DNA of 63,998 nucleotides, the filler included, from Circinaria calcarea (taxonomy: Eukaryota): assembly GCA_051942165.1 (NCBI GenBank). It is 8 parts of 8 records of this genome, joined end to end, with 100 filler letters (N's around TTAATTAATTAA, not from the genome) between each part and the next. Parts side by side here need not be neighbours in the genome. Positions count along the whole stretch, not along the records: positions 1 to 7,988 come from JAVECS010001195.1; positions 8,089 to 16,075 come from JAVECS010001196.1; 6 more parts are not named here. One strand, written 5' to 3'. This document shows, piece by piece, positions 1 to 13,668 of this stretch (positions are counted from its first letter, which is position 1; every line of letters starts with the position of its first letter). A model generated the notes under the pieces. The model worked only from the letters and a program-made list of their open reading frames with translations. It searched no databases and was not told the DNA's origin. The translations under genes were made by a program, and so were the position numbers.

Positions 1-2999
1 AGCAACTTCTTGAAAGAGCGACTATTTGGATTGTCGAATCCCCAGGGTAATCACGGTGAAAGCATTAAAGAGGCTCACTTCCACCTCGATGATACACCTA
101 CAGTAAACACTCCCTTAGGACCTCCTCACAACGCTACTGACATTCGTTCCAGCACTCCTATATGAAGTACCTGTATAAGTATCCGCAGAAGAGATTCCCT
201 TATGAGGACCTTGTGACAGAGAATGCTAAGAGAGGCAAGACCGAGAGGGAATATCAACTCATTGATACTGGGATCTTCAACGAAGACAGATACTGGGACA
301 TCTTCATCGAGATTGGCAAAGATACTGATGACGAGGAGGAGCTGCTTTTCAGAGTGACCGCCTATAATCGAGGCCTGGAACCGGCGCCGCTACATATCAT
401 ACCACATGTGTGGTTTAGGAACACATGGACTTGGGGACACGAGGAAGCACAAAAAAAACCCAACATCCATCAGATAGCTTCAATGACCGCTCAATCCAAA
501 CACTGGAAGCTTGGTGACCGGTTTTTCCAGCTGTCTCCCTCACCTGGCATTGGAAACAGTGGTCAAGATGTGGAGCCACAGATGCTCTTTACCGAGAACG
601 ATAGTAATTACGAGGCACTGTATGGTTCGAAAAACTCTCAGCCATACGTCAAGGACGCCTTCCACCGATTCATCGTAAATGGAGAACGAGGCGCTATAAA
701 CCCTCACTGTAGAGGGACCAAAAGCGCAGCGTGGTACGCCTTTGATGAAGGGGAAGGGGTAGCACCAGGTGAGTGTGCTGTTGTACGCTTTCGACTCTCG
801 AAGAAGTTCGAAGGCTATATTGATGAAGAATTGTTCGACGATGTGATCGAGTTAAGGAAGAACGAAGCAGATGAGTTTTTCTGGCGAATAAGCCCACTAC
901 CCATGGCCGATGACCTTCGAAACATCCAGCGTCAGGCTCTTTCCGGAATGCTGTGGACTAAACAGTACTACCATTTCATATGGGACCAGTGGGCGAATGG
1001 AGATCCTGCAATGCCCCCGCCTCCTCCAGCGAGGAGGAACGTACGAAATCATAATTGGAAACACATGCATTTGGATGATGTATTATCTATGCCAGATTCC
1101 TGGGAGTATCCTTTCTTCGCCGCTTGGGATACGGCGTTCCATTGCATCCCACTCGCTATGATCGACCCGAAATTTGCTAAGAAGCAGCTAGACCTTCTTA
1201 CCAGGGAATGGTACATGCACCCCAATGGCCAATTACCAGCATATGAATGGAATTTTGGCGACGTCAACCCCCCTGTACATGCTTGGTCAGTATTCCGTAC
1301 TTTCAAGATTGAACGTAAAATGTACGGTCGCCAGGATCTAGATTTCTTGGAACGTGTGTTCCAAAAACTGCTGCTCAACTTTACGTGGTGGGTGAATCGG
1401 AAAGATTTTGATGGCAAAAACGTATTTGAAGGAGGCTTCTTGGGCCTTGATAACATTGGACTCTTTAACCGCTCAGATCCTTTGCCAACTGGAGGTGTTC
1501 TTGAGCAAGCTGACAGCACGGGTTGGATGGCGTTCTACTGTTTATCGATGCTGAACATTGCCTTGGAACTGGCCAAACATCGCAGAATTTACGAAGACAG
1601 TATGTTAACTTAGACATCGCAGCTTATTCTTGGCGTTCCATGCTAATGACTACTCAGTCGCATCCAAGTTCTTCGAACACTTTATACTCATCAGTGATGC
1701 AATGACCTTCCGAGCAGGAGGGAAGGAGACATCTTTGTGGAACGACGAAGATGGGCAAGTATCTTGCTTTTTGAATTCGATGACCTGTGTTGATGACTTT
1801 TGCAGCTTCTACTACGATGCTATCTCGTGGGGTGGCTCTTGGACACAGCAGCTACCCGTTCGCTCGTTGGTTAGACTGATTCCATTGTACGCTGTTTTAA
1901 CTTTGGAGCCGGAGCTTGTCAATAAATTCCCATCCTTTAAGAGACGCCTCAACTGGTTCATTGAAAACCGACATGACGTTACAGAGCGGAACATCGCAAA
2001 CATGAAGCGACGTGGGAAGGATGACAGGCTACTGTTGTCCTTGGTGAGTAAAGAGCGGCTGATCAAAATACTTAAGCGCATGCTCGATGAAACTGAATTC
2101 CTTTCTGACCATGGCATCCGATCCATGTCGAAGTACCACGAAGCTCATCCATACTCGATGTGGGTAAACGGTCAAGAATTCAAAGTCGGATATGTTCCAG
2201 GCGACTCGGATAGTGGCCTGTTCGGTGGCAACAGCAATCGGCGAGGGCCGATCTGGCTATGTGTTAATTTTCTACTCGTCGAATCACTTTTACGGTTTTA
2301 CATGTTCTACGGTAAATCTTTGCAGATCGAGTGTCCAACGGCCTCTGGTGATCATATTCACCTGGGTCATGTTGCCGAAGAGATTCAGCACCGCCTGCAG
2401 CATCTATTCGTGCGTGGCGATGATGGCCGGAGAGCTGTTAACAACGGAAATGACATGCTTGATTATGACCCTCACTGGAAAGATTACTTATGGTTTCATG
2501 AGTTCTTTGACTCTGACACCGGTCGAGGGTTAGGAGCGAGCCATCAGTGCGGTTGGTCCGGCTTGATTGCAAAGATGATCCACGACACCGGGTAAGCATC
2601 AGCCCATCCTTTTTGCTCACGTGCATCCCATTAACATCTTACAGGATCAACTGCCGGCTCCCTCAAACCCCTCGAACACCATCTACGGCAGCGGCTCACT
2701 ACTTCGATGATATTCTGTCACGATCAGCGAAAGCGTCCAGTGTCAAGCCACGTTTCCGACGATCTTCAACCAATAGATCCATTGGCAATTGTAGCAGTTT
2801 CGGTACTTCGGTCAACGGTGGTGCCGATGATGAGGACTCCGTCGCGAACTCGGCAGCTCCGGATGTTGCCGACACGGAGAAAACGGAGGCGGATCAGCAC
2901 ATTGTAAATCACATTGCGGATCAGCTCGAGCGTATTCGCAGCAACGAATCAGCCGCCGTGTACGAGGACGAATTCGAGGCTCAGTTAGACGACCGCTGA
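1..2999 (+). CDS. GH63-like six-hairpin glycosidase (YMR196W/MGH1-like glucosidase), 5'-partial, multi-exon
   Basis: Motifs [58 protein letters not shown]. Introns at about 103-152, 1600-1657, 1755-1805 (GC-AG) and 2592-2644; TGA ends at 2999. Confidence 0.9.
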
Positions 3000-3481
3000 T
3001 GTTTCACCTTGACTCACGTCCAATTTTCGTTACCATCCGTGTTTATCCTTCATTCTAATTGTCTGCTAGGCCTACTGCGTCTTGTTCCTACTAGACTTCT
3101 GCATGCGTTAACGACCATAGACATTAGTCAGATGTCCTAGACCTGATAAACTCTGCATTTGGAGGCGTACCCTAATCGGCTACATGTAGCCAGGGATCGA
3201 AGGATTCTTAATTCGGGCACACACCTGTAACTTCCGAAGTGTCCAGGGCAAATGCAATCGGTGTCAAGTGAAGACCACGAGTATTGTACGGAAATGTCTG
3301 GGCCGTTGATCCAACAAAATTTAATTGTGGATACTTTTTGCAAATGTACATCACCAACAATGAAGTGAGGCCTTCCACGTGCAGTGATGAGTGTCTGTCT
3401 CTGACTTTTCTGCATGTTATAGACTAGACACTATAGTGGTTGGGTGTATACTTAATAACAGTCTTGTCATTCCAACCCGCT

Positions 3482-4420
3482 CTATAGAGCATCGGTCAAT
3501 AGCTTGTTCATCTTGGCAATCTTGGAAGAAACGCTTAGGTCAATGGTGTTTTGCCCAATCTCAACAATCAGTCCGCCCATGATGTCTGGATTCACCTGTG
3601 AGGTCTTGGTCAGTACTCGTATGGTAGACCCGAGGCCGTTGATTCCACAGATAGAGACGGACCTTGGAAATCACCTTGAGCTTCTTCCCCTGGCTGTACT
3701 CGGACTTGGCCACGGCAGCCTCTAGTCTCTGGAGAGTTTTCGTATCTAGTTTCTAGAGGGAAACGCGTGAGTCAGTTTGCCATATGCCAAGTGGTCAAGG
3801 CATACAGATGCACTCGTCACAATTAAATCAACCTCGCCCCGTGCGGCACCCATCAATGTTGCGAACTTGTCGCACACACCCTCGAGTATTCCCAGTCGAT
3901 TGTTTTCGGCCAAAGTGTTGAGAAAGTTCTTAATAGTGTCCCCCTTGTCAACTCCGCCCATGTGCTTCTGTAACTCTTGGATGATCTGGGATTTGTCGCC
4001 TGGGTTTAAGGTTGGGGCTGTTAGGATGACTGAAAGTTTGGGGTCTTTCTTGAACACCTCGGACAGGAGCGCGAGAGCCTTGGAGGTGCTGTCGAGGGAG
4101 GATGTCTTGGCTGCGGCTGTGTACTAGGACGATTGATAAAGCATCAGCCAAAAATGCCAATCTTCCGCCGGTGATGTCCATTGACTGTTGTGGTACGGCC
4201 GAAACAGAGGGGGCGAGGCATTGAGTTGAACAAGGGAACGTACTAGAGCACTTGCATATGTACCGTCTAGACCAAACAGGGCGACAGGAGGCTTCGAGTT
4301 TTGCGGTGTTGCTACCTGTGCATAGGACCTGGCGTGAGGAGCTGCGACAGCAGCCTGCTTTGCGACTCTCTTAGCAACAACAGACCTCAGAGCAGTAGAA
4401 CGCGCATGAGTACGGAGCAT
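3482..4420 (-). CDS. ATP5: Mitochondrial ATP synthase subunit 5 (OSCP)
   Basis: Arg/Ala-rich transit peptide, KPPVALFGLDGTYASAL, NFLNTLAENNRLG, and C-terminal VNPDIMGGLIVEIGQNTIDLSVSSKIAKMNKLLTDAL; split by GT-AG introns. Confidence 0.95.
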
Positions 4421-5477
4421 GGTGGCAGTGAGTACAGAGTAGGAGAGCAGACTTGTGTAGGCTTCGTAGCTCTGCTATTCAGATTCTACGTTTGAGCTCC
4501 TCTGCGCTAGTCCGTAGCGCCTCCCTCTGTAGATAAAGCCCGAATTTTCGGAACTTCAAAGTCACCTCGTATGCATCCAATTTCGACTACAAAACTCATG
4601 AATCTAACTATTACTCGATACGCACCAGGTTCTTTCCATTGAAGATTCAATGTGCACTAGATCTAGTAGTATTCCATCAATCTTCAAGTTTTGGATTATT
4701 CTAGTATGAATCTGGAGAGTAATTTGTGATTTTCCAGGAATGTAAGCCATATCATTCGAGCTTGCGATTTAACGTGTAAAAAACACCAATCCTAATAAGA
4801 CCACTATCCGTAATGGCCAGGCTAGCATCTTCTAAAAACCAGAGGTTCACTTGGATACCTTATAATCTAAAGTATCCGAAAATTTGTTAAGTTGTAACTG
4901 GTGGCTGTTGAGTAAATGAATGATTAGTTGATTGAAGTGGTTTTCGATGACTCGGGGGTTCCAAAACGAAAGCCATTTTTGGAACAGGATTTGACATGCG
5001 ACGGTAGTCTAAGCAATGGCCACTTCCAAAGTCTAATGCCACTGGCAGTCTTAACGAGGTGCAACAAATAGGAGGCGGGTATAGAGTTTCATGGTAATTC
5101 CAACTCGACAGTATCCTCTCAAAGCCTTTCGTGCACTTCAGCATTCTCCCACATAGAAGAGGGTCAGACGCCGAGGATCTGGTTCAAAGACTTGCATAGG
5201 AATCGCATCACGTACTCGGACCATTGCATAGGGTAGGCTGCTAAAGACACATAGGTGGCTTCTGATACTCCACGATCGGTGGATAATGCTCAGTCAAGTA
5301 GACACAGAATGGCATTGGCTATTGAAACTCGTCCTACTTTCATGATACATCTCACAGCCGGGCAAGCCGTAGCCTCATTCCACGCCGAGCCTCACCATAA
5401 TACCTGTTCACGCATAATGCATACATATCTCAGCAGAAGCTCTGTCTTCGCCACGCTTTGCCCAGCTTTGCTGTTTG

Positions 5478-6517
5478 TCAGTCACTCCGCAGCATACTGT
5501 CCTGTAAGGAAATTAGGAGAGGATCGTAGCGACAAGGATGGTGAGGAGCAACGGGGTGTCATACCACCAAATCCCCCAGTGGACCCCAAAAGTCCTTGCC
5601 GCTGGCCAAGCCATGCTCATCAATGAACAGTACATAATGCTTAAAACTAGTGTTGAGGTGAGGCTCAAGTCCAAGCTGAACAACGACCGGATAGTGGTGG
5701 CAATATATATGGGCATACACACGATAAAGCCGTTTGAACAATTGACGGATCTGGGTCGGAAACGTTTTCGGGAATGGTACACCTAATTATCAGTCAGCAG
5801 GAATGAGCCATTTGGGCTCAGAGGGACATGCCTATTCTGCTCGGAAACATCTGTTCGTTGTCTATATTGCTCTGAACCCAACCCATGAGATGCTCCACGT
5901 ATTCCGGTGCTGGCATCTTCGTGGGCCTTTTGAAGTTCTCCGTATCCTGCCATAGATATTCGAATCTGTAATAAATCAGCATCGAGCAGGTCAAAGACTC
6001 GGCTGAACTTACTCGTCCGTTGCCTTCATCTCGGGACATGACTGTGGAGAACAAAACTCTGTTATCGAGCCATAGAGAAGGTTGATCTGATTGTAGAAAT
6101 CCACCACTACCTCTCGCCGTTAGCAGTGATTAATCCTCGGAGCCATGCAGGTTTAGGAGCACCGTTGACAGCCAGCCATTCGTTCAGGTCTTCCCCTTCG
6201 GGTAGCTTGACTGCCTTTCGTAGGCTACCACTGCCAAGTGTCGCCTCTGCAAATTGGCGTAACTGGTAGCTGCTTGTCCCTTTATTTGCGTTCCTAGGCT
6301 TGAACTGGCCCCTCGTTCTAGCATTTCTGCAACGCTTGAAATGTCAGCCTGGTGAGTGATAAGCTAGGTAATCCACCTAGGTATCCATGTAGATAACGAT
6401 TGAGGGCAATCCTCGAGTCGAATCTGACACTTCCTGAGAAGCGCAGCACAGGAGGGACTGGTAGGCGCATCTGAAGAAGGGAGTGTGGACGTACATTGTA
6501 GTGATGAACGAAGCCAT
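5478..6517 (-). CDS. MOB1: Mob1 kinase co-activator (MEN/SIN pathway)
   Basis: Exons give MASFITT..., [62 protein letters not shown] and terminal DSMLRSD-stop. Confidence 0.95.
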
Positions 6518-7547
6518 TGGAAGAGCCGAAAATACACACAGGGAGCCTCTCTCCTTGGCCTTCGTTTTCTAGTTTGGATGCGGCGTTCCCTTGGAGGCCG
6601 ACAATGTAACTCGTACGTCGGATCTCTCTGAAGATTACGACAGCCAACAAAATTAAGCAGGTAAGAGATGCTCAATGGTCTGCTTGTCGCTTCAGTCAAG
6701 GTAGGTTTGCATCGAAATAAACGGCGCTATCTGCTATACGTTGCCTTCGAAATCAGAAAGGCGGTTTGTCGTGGTCTTTACGAATACAAACAAGCCCCCG
6801 TTGGCCGAGCAATCGCTTTCTTGCTCGCCAACATACGAGGCCAACAAGCAAAAGTCGTTGCCGAAAACAGCAATTGTATTGATATGGTACTGGAGGACTC
6901 CTTACACTGGAATCAGACGTAGAGATATCCGGTTTAAAGACTCGGCAGAAGCAGTGAGAACGGAGCAGCTTTCATGCACTGGTTTGTCTTTCACCACCAA
7001 CAACATTTTCATTATCAATTCAAGCTACACGGATAGTGTTATATATCCTCGTCAAGGAGCTGGTGACGCTAATTCTTCCAACTGAATGATACCTCCCTTT
7101 CTTCAACCCTATGAACAGTCAATCTGCCCGCGACGCTACTACCAATGCAACAGAGCCCTCTTTGCGTTTCAGTCTGCTCGGCTTCGATTGAACCCTTGTG
7201 TCCCTGCCCTGAGATTACATACTTCCACACTGATCCCAACATTCGATCGGCCCTTAAATTGACACCGCATGCCCTATTTCACGGAAACCGAAACTGCTAG
7301 CCGAAGATATAAGGCGTACATATAGATTGATGATGTGTTGGATTCTTGGCTACCACCGGCTACCTGGTGATAGTATGGATGATCAAGCTCCAACAAGGCC
7401 CATCGAAGATTAGCAAGGTAAATGCAAAGACGAGCCAGCTTTCTTAGGAGCGATGCATATTCCCAAACAACAGAGTGATCAATATCCAAACATCTAATGC
7501 TGTGAAAGGTACTGTCTCTCGAACCGTATTTCAAGGCTCTATTCAAC

Positions 7548-7988
7548 TCATATTGGGAAGCCACCAACCTGGACATGCTCGTCCGAACCCCCAGATGCAC
7601 CATACACTCTGATTGGAACGACCACGTCAAAGCTGTCGCATAGAAGCGTTTCCACGGCCGCAAGGCTTCTTTGCCCGTCATCCTCTCCAACGTCCTCCAT
7701 AAGTCCTTCCGGTCTTTCGTCTCGATTTGCTTTAGGTGTCATGAACTCGAATCGCAGGCCCCATTCGAGACTGACACCAGACGTAATGAAACCCGGAGTC
7801 GCGTTGATCGGAACGGTGGCTGCAAAAGTAGCCCTCTGTGCGCAGACAGTATACTCCGACCCCACTGCATGCACTCTCTGTGTGGCACGTTTGATACTCG
7901 AACTTGATCGTAGGGCTAATGTCGGGTCGATGGCTTCGGATGATTCTACGGTTATATGGACTGATAAGCAGGGGACATCGGCGTCTTG
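7548..7988 (-). CDS. RGP1: Rgp1-domain protein, C-terminal part (cut by contig end)
   Basis: IDPTLALRSSSSIKRATQRVHA...VPINATPGFITSGVSLEWGLRFEF...CDSFDVVVPIRVYG resembles the fungal Rgp1 C-terminus. Confidence 0.75.
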   Translation of the reverse strand, partial: QDADVPCLSVHITVESSEAIDPTLALRSSSSIKRATQRVHAVGSEYTVCAQRATFAATVPINATPGFITSGVSLEWGLRFEFMTPKANRDERPEGLMEDVGEDDGQRSLAAVETLLCDSFDVVVPIRVYGASGGSDEHVQVGGFPI

Positions 7989-8088
7989 NNNNNNNNNNNN
8001 NNNNNNNNNNNNNNNNNNNNNNNNNNNNNNNNTTAATTAATTAANNNNNNNNNNNNNNNNNNNNNNNNNNNNNNNNNNNNNNNNNNNN
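7989..8088. other. Artificial contig-joining linker
   Basis: 44 N + TTAATTAATTAA (stop in all six frames) + 44 N. Confidence 0.98.
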
Positions 8089-8452
8089 GGCGAGGCAAGC
8101 TCTTCCGGTGCAAAGGCCAAGTCCCCCGGGGGCGGGGAGTAGTCCTCTCATTGAGAGAAAATAGGTCTCCTATGATTGCATAGCACTCACTACCATTATG
8201 TTTGCTTTTCGTGCCATGTAAAAAAAAAATTCAATTCCGATCTCGGTTACGTGGCATTATCTATCTTCCGTAGAATCAGGCCCGCGCCCATTGGGTATAC
8301 CATAAAAGCGCCGAATGCCCTCAAGTTGATTTCCCCATCGTCCTTTTTTTAAGAGGATCCAAATTCCCCATCCAGATCTGTAAGTAATAACCACTTTCTT
8401 CGAAAGAAAGAAACAAATCGCCCGGTCCCCTGAAAGCGAAAAAATCCATTTG

Positions 8453-11400
8453 CTACCCACCACGGATTCCGCTCTCCACAATCCGAAGGAGATCTGCCAC
8501 ATGCGCGGCCAATGGCCGGTTGTGAGCCATGACATTCCATAAGCTGCCCCTCAAAGGTGCGAACAGCCTCTCGATCGATCCGTCCACCCCTTCCGCCTTT
8601 GTCATCAGCGGATTCCCGGTTTCATCCTCGAGTCCAATGGTCGCCTTGGGGATATGTCGCGCTAGATTCCTAAGGACGAGGACGCTAGTCAGAGGAAGAC
8701 CGGCCGCTTCACCTCGCTCGTCGACGGCGGTGGTATACCAACTCTGATATTCACAGACCGCATCACGGTTCTGAAAGTCGGTGTCGGCAGGTATGTAATT
8801 ACGGAAAGCGAGGTCGCCTCTGCTGGGTGGAGTGGTGGGAATGGAGCGGTTGTGCTTGGCCTTGTGACTTGCTAATACGCTCGTATCCGGGAGGTGGGTC
8901 TTGACGTGTATGGCGAGTTCGTATGGGTTGTCGGTTCCCCCTTGACTGGCAAAACGCTCGCATCCAGCCCAGTAACAGTCATACATCTGCGATTCGTTGT
9001 GGTTTGTAGCTGTAGGCTCGGAGAGATCCAATTTATGGTCTAATCTCGGCGCGGGTGAAATGTGTGTAGATACAATATGATCCCAGATTTCTTGTGGCTT
9101 GAGGAAGAAATGCCCGCATACCACTTGATGACCAAGAGGTTTCCATAAACAGCGTGAATAGAGGCGGTTCTTTGTATCCATGGGTAGATGCCGAGAACGA
9201 ATACCTTTGATAATGAACTTTTGGACTCCGCCTTGGCCAGTGATGACTTGGGCATTAGCAGCAGGAAAAGTGGCACTAACATTCTTGATGAATTCTGCAG
9301 CGGCTAACAAGGGGACTTCAGGACTGCTAAACTCCGAAAATCGAGATTGATAGGCTTGCCAGAGAGCGATTTGCGTGATTTCGCTTTGAGCGTCCTCTTC
9401 AAAGCATGCTCGAAGCCAATGAGATGAGCGGTCCGGTTCGCTGTATTGGATGATCTGATCAAACAAGTCTTTTGGTACTGCAGGAACTTCGGTCGCGGCA
9501 GCGTGGGGAATGAAAGGAGAAATGACACGCGAGGAAGTGCTTTCTTTAGCATGGAACAAGAGAAGTCGAGTTAACTGAGAGAGGAATGGATCAAGTAACA
9601 GACGTTTTGCATGCATCTGAGATAGGAGGAAGGCGACATTTTCGGGAACTGCGGTGTACTGGTATAGGAAGTCTAAACAAGAATGTACAAGTTCCTCGTC
9701 GTCCAACAGAATCCAATCGCAAAGGTGTTGGATAGCTGAAAGCGGAACTCCCTTGAGGCGATTAGACTCGTCGAGATTCATAGAGATGCGACTTATGGAA
9801 CGCAAAGTTGTAAGTATCGCGCCGCGATCAGATATCTCGAGCTGATTTAGTAGGGAGAGGTAGAGTGGATCGGAAGCATCCAATATCCAGTATCTCGTCA
9901 GCTGCTCTGCAATATCGAGCGCGTAATGTTTGAGTTCGGTCAAAGCAGTAGAGGGAGGTAGATTTAGTGCGATTGAAAGAAAGTCTCGTAATGGATACTG
10001 GTCCGAAAGATATTTGGCGTTGTCTTCGAGCAAGGACATGTTTCGTATTACTAGTCCAGCCTCATTGATTTTCGAGAGCTTCCGGTTGAATTCCTCGGTT
10101 TCCATCTCGTCTGAAAGGTCACGGAGTTGCATGCTCTGAATACGTTGAAGTATGTCCTTTGTGCCGTTCATACCATCAAGCACATATAGTTCATCGCGTG
10201 CGTTATCGGCTGCATAAGAGATCTCCCATTTACCCTTGTAGAACAAAGTGCTGACCTCAAGCACCTTTTCTATCAGACCTTCAGCAAGGCTAGGGAAAGC
10301 TTCAAACTTGTACTTGTCGCCTCGTTCGTGAGATATCTTGACAAGATGATGTAGCGCGTAGTCTTGTTCTTCGGGAACATTAGACCGTAAGGCAAGTAGG
10401 GTCCGCACATAGATATTAGGTCCATCAAAACCGGCTATGAATTCCATTAGGTTTGATATGACTAGCTACAATGGGTACTTACTTCCTGGTAGCATCATGC
10501 CCTTGTAGCTTGGCTTTGTTTTACCTAACCTTGTTGCTTTCGCCTCTCGCATCAACCTTACCCTCTCTTGGAATAAGCTTGGATTATTACCAGGAGTTAC
10601 AACAGGGCGAAGTGTAAGAGGTATCTGTGGTCGAGGTTCATAATTTGCTATGCTGAATGACATACTGTTTGGATTCGAGGAGGGATTGTAAGCATAGCCG
10701 CCATTTACGGACCCAACCGTAGGCTGTGGAGATTGCAGGTGGGACGTATGTCGAGTCTGCCGGGAAGAAGATACATCGGGTTGGAACAGAACACGTTGAG
10801 GTGGTGCTTGACGCAGGCCTGAATTTTAAAGCGAGCATCAGAACCTGACTTCCTATCTTGACTTGTATGGGACTGGCTTTGGGAGATGATACCTCTCGTT
10901 GTGCGCCCTCCTCCACTGCCAGGCTCATCCAAGTCCATCTTTTCTTGCTTGGGTGTTGTTTTGTGCTCTTCGTCTCCAGACCCATCACTCTCCTGGCCAT
11001 TAGCCTGCTGCTCGCGACTCTGAGGAGGCCTGAAGTTGTCCATGGTGCGGCTCAAGAGATCACCCCCTTTTGCACTAATGTTTTCGAGGATCTCCTTGGG
11101 TGGTGGTTCTTTGTTATGGATATTTTTGATTTCGAAAGCACTAAAAGTCTTAGGTCCATGTGTGTTAGGAACGGGTAGGGCAACGCACGCGAGGTTCTTA
11201 TAGTAGACGGTTTTGAGCGCAAAGGCGTAAGCAGCTGTATTTGTTTGGCCCAAATTGAACTCTTGGCCAACTTTTCGCCAGGCCAGCTTCTCGGAGCTTA
11301 CTACATCATAGCCACCGCGGCTGCCTACGACGTCGAAGAGCTTAAAGAGATCGATGTGTTTGCCATTAACGCGCGCAGTGGTATCAAGATTGGTCCTGAG

Positions 11401-11551
11401 CAGGAGTCAAATTAGCTCTGGTGTTAAGCGGAGTTTGACCATTCAACACATACCCCCTCTGCGCATGGAAAGCTCGTAGCTTTTCGAAGAACTCATCATG
11501 GCCAAAGGGCATGTGCCCTCCGGCTACTTCTGCCTCCATTTCTGGAGCCAT
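8453..11551 (-). CDS. RSC9: RSC chromatin-remodelling complex subunit Rsc9 (ARID domain)
   Basis: ARID exons (FFEKLRAFHAQRG; IDLFKLFDVVGSRGGYDVVSSEKLAWRKVG; AAYAFALKTVYYKNL), then a 664-aa exon with GFDGPNIYVRTLLALRS, EITQIALWQAYQ, AAEFIKNVSATF, GLPLTSVLVLRNLAR. Confidence 0.92.
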
Positions 11552-11977
11552 GCTGCGCATACAACGGTTACGACGTCATATGGATTCTATGGCAAGCTTG
11601 ACCACCAGCATCACAGCCGACAGAGGAGAGCCTAGTCGTGGGGTGCGCAATTCAATTCGGCGATTGAGCTTTCAGACAATCAACGTTCTTCGGGTTCCCG
11701 AGACGTGACCGCAACGCAGCGCGTGAAATTTCCCAGCCCTACCATACCATACGAGGATACAAGTGCAAGGTACATGGATCCGCTAAGCCCTATTTCACCT
11801 TTTCCTAAGTGGAAAGGTTCTTTCAACCTCAGGACATGTCGACCACACGACGTATACTGCAAGGAAGACTCTCCTGCAGCAAAGTCGTAGAAGACATTGT
11901 TATCAGAAGGTCATTCTTATAGTGTTAACGACTGTGAAGGCGACTGGGTTTGAATACAATCTCCTCTTTTACGAAAC

Positions 11978-13668
11978 ATGGCATTGTCTTCTCAAGCCAA
12001 TACTCTCGAGGCTGAAGGTCTAACGACTCTTCCCCTGAAGAAATTCTCCTATGTCACGACGCGAACCTCACATGGGAAGCTTCTGTGGACGCATTTGCCA
12101 CAGCGGGACAATCTCTTTGCAGTTTTCGATTTTACTACAACCAAAGACCTTGAGGGGCTAACTGTGAAAAAGAGATTTCTGAGGTTTATACGTGGTGTCG
12201 AGATCTTGGTATGCAGCTCCACCGACAAACTCTACTGGTGAATAGTTTCTACTCTAGTGGTTCACTGTTCTGATTCTTCTTCGACGTTTAAGGAGGAGAT
12301 AAATCTCGCAGAGCTAGTATATCAAGCACGCCACGACGTTGATACAGCAGAATCGCAATCTCAGCCTATCTCCGATTCTCAGCGCGCCATGGTAATTATA
12401 TCCAAGAAGCCTATGATAGCCTTACGCTACCAGCTTCCGAATGGTCTGGTAAGCTTTTACGCTTCAGCCTGTTGAAAGGCTCTACTGCTCAACTTCATCA
12501 GATTCGAAGGCTACAGATCAACTTTGATCCTATTTCCGGCTATGACACGGCTTTAGAGTTACTTAACACTCTTGCTCTTCCCGTAGAGAACAGAGATGTA
12601 GAAAGTCAAAACCAGCAAGCGTTGGGTCCAGACCCTGATAGGACACCGGCCGTACCACCCTCAGCCCCTGTTGGCTCGTTGACTACTCAAAGTTGTTCTC
12701 CTCGTCGAATTTGCACATCCAATGGCCGCCTTGACGCTGGCGCCATGCAGTCTGCCGTCGCTGTATTTAACTCTGCCGAAGCTCGGCCAGGTATTGTGGA
12801 CACGACTCGCCGGTCTCTGTTTCAGCGAGAGATTACAGAAGCTCGTCGTCCAGTTACGGTCTCCACCCCTCTTCCTGACGATACGCTAAGCCAAATACTA
12901 CCTCCAAAGCGTATCCTCCCTTTTCCTGATCCACCGGCCAAGTCTAACCGTCAAAAGCACCTTTCGGAAGTCTTTAGGCCCATGTCTGACACTTTGGGCG
13001 CGAAGAAAGCAAGCGCTAAAAAGCTTAAGCCGAGCAAGGGTGCCGCTGGTAAAAAGAAAGCCGCAATTGGAATTGGTCCAAGTAGCAGTTCTATGGCACC
13101 TCCGAGCTCATCTGCTCCAGTTATGAGTAAAAAGGACGTGAATCTTAGCATCAGGACGTCCACGAACGGACACGCGACGTCTGGCTGTGCCGACCCCTCA
13201 GGATGCCAAGGAAAGGGTGCTGATCATCAGGATAATCTGACAAGCTCAACGTTCGGCGAGCCTATTGCACATGCACAAATCGCTACAATCGAGCAAGGTA
13301 GCAATCGGCTGGAGAAAGCTGACCAAGATGCAGGGATTCTAGTATCTGCAGACTGGGTCGCACAGGTGAATTCCTTTATGGAGAACCACAGCGCTATGCC
13401 TACGAAAGAATGCCGAGTCGAGGATACACTCACAGCTGAATTTAAGGACAGGGTTAATGTCTTCATGGAAAATCATGGTGGCTGTTGGGCACCCGAGGCT
13501 CCCACCCAGCCGCAACCATCTGGACTCGCGGAATTTACCAAGTTATCGGAAACTGAGCGGTCGGCGGCGATGGATGCCCTCATCGTCGAGTGCCTTGACG
13601 ACGACGAATTTATGTGCCTCGTTGACGAAGTGGACAAGTCGTGGCAGAGGGTTGGGTGGAAGTTGTGA
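11978..13668 (+). CDS. REC114: Probable Rec114/Rec7-family meiotic double-strand-break protein
   Basis: Exons about 11978-12208, 12292-12448 and 12502-13668. N-terminal PH-like blocks (LPLKKFS..WTH..IALRY..IRRLQINF), disordered middle, and C-terminal LIVECLDDDEFMCLVDEVDKSW resembling the Rec114 C-terminal motif CLxDxxFxxxVxEVxK. Confidence 0.65.
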
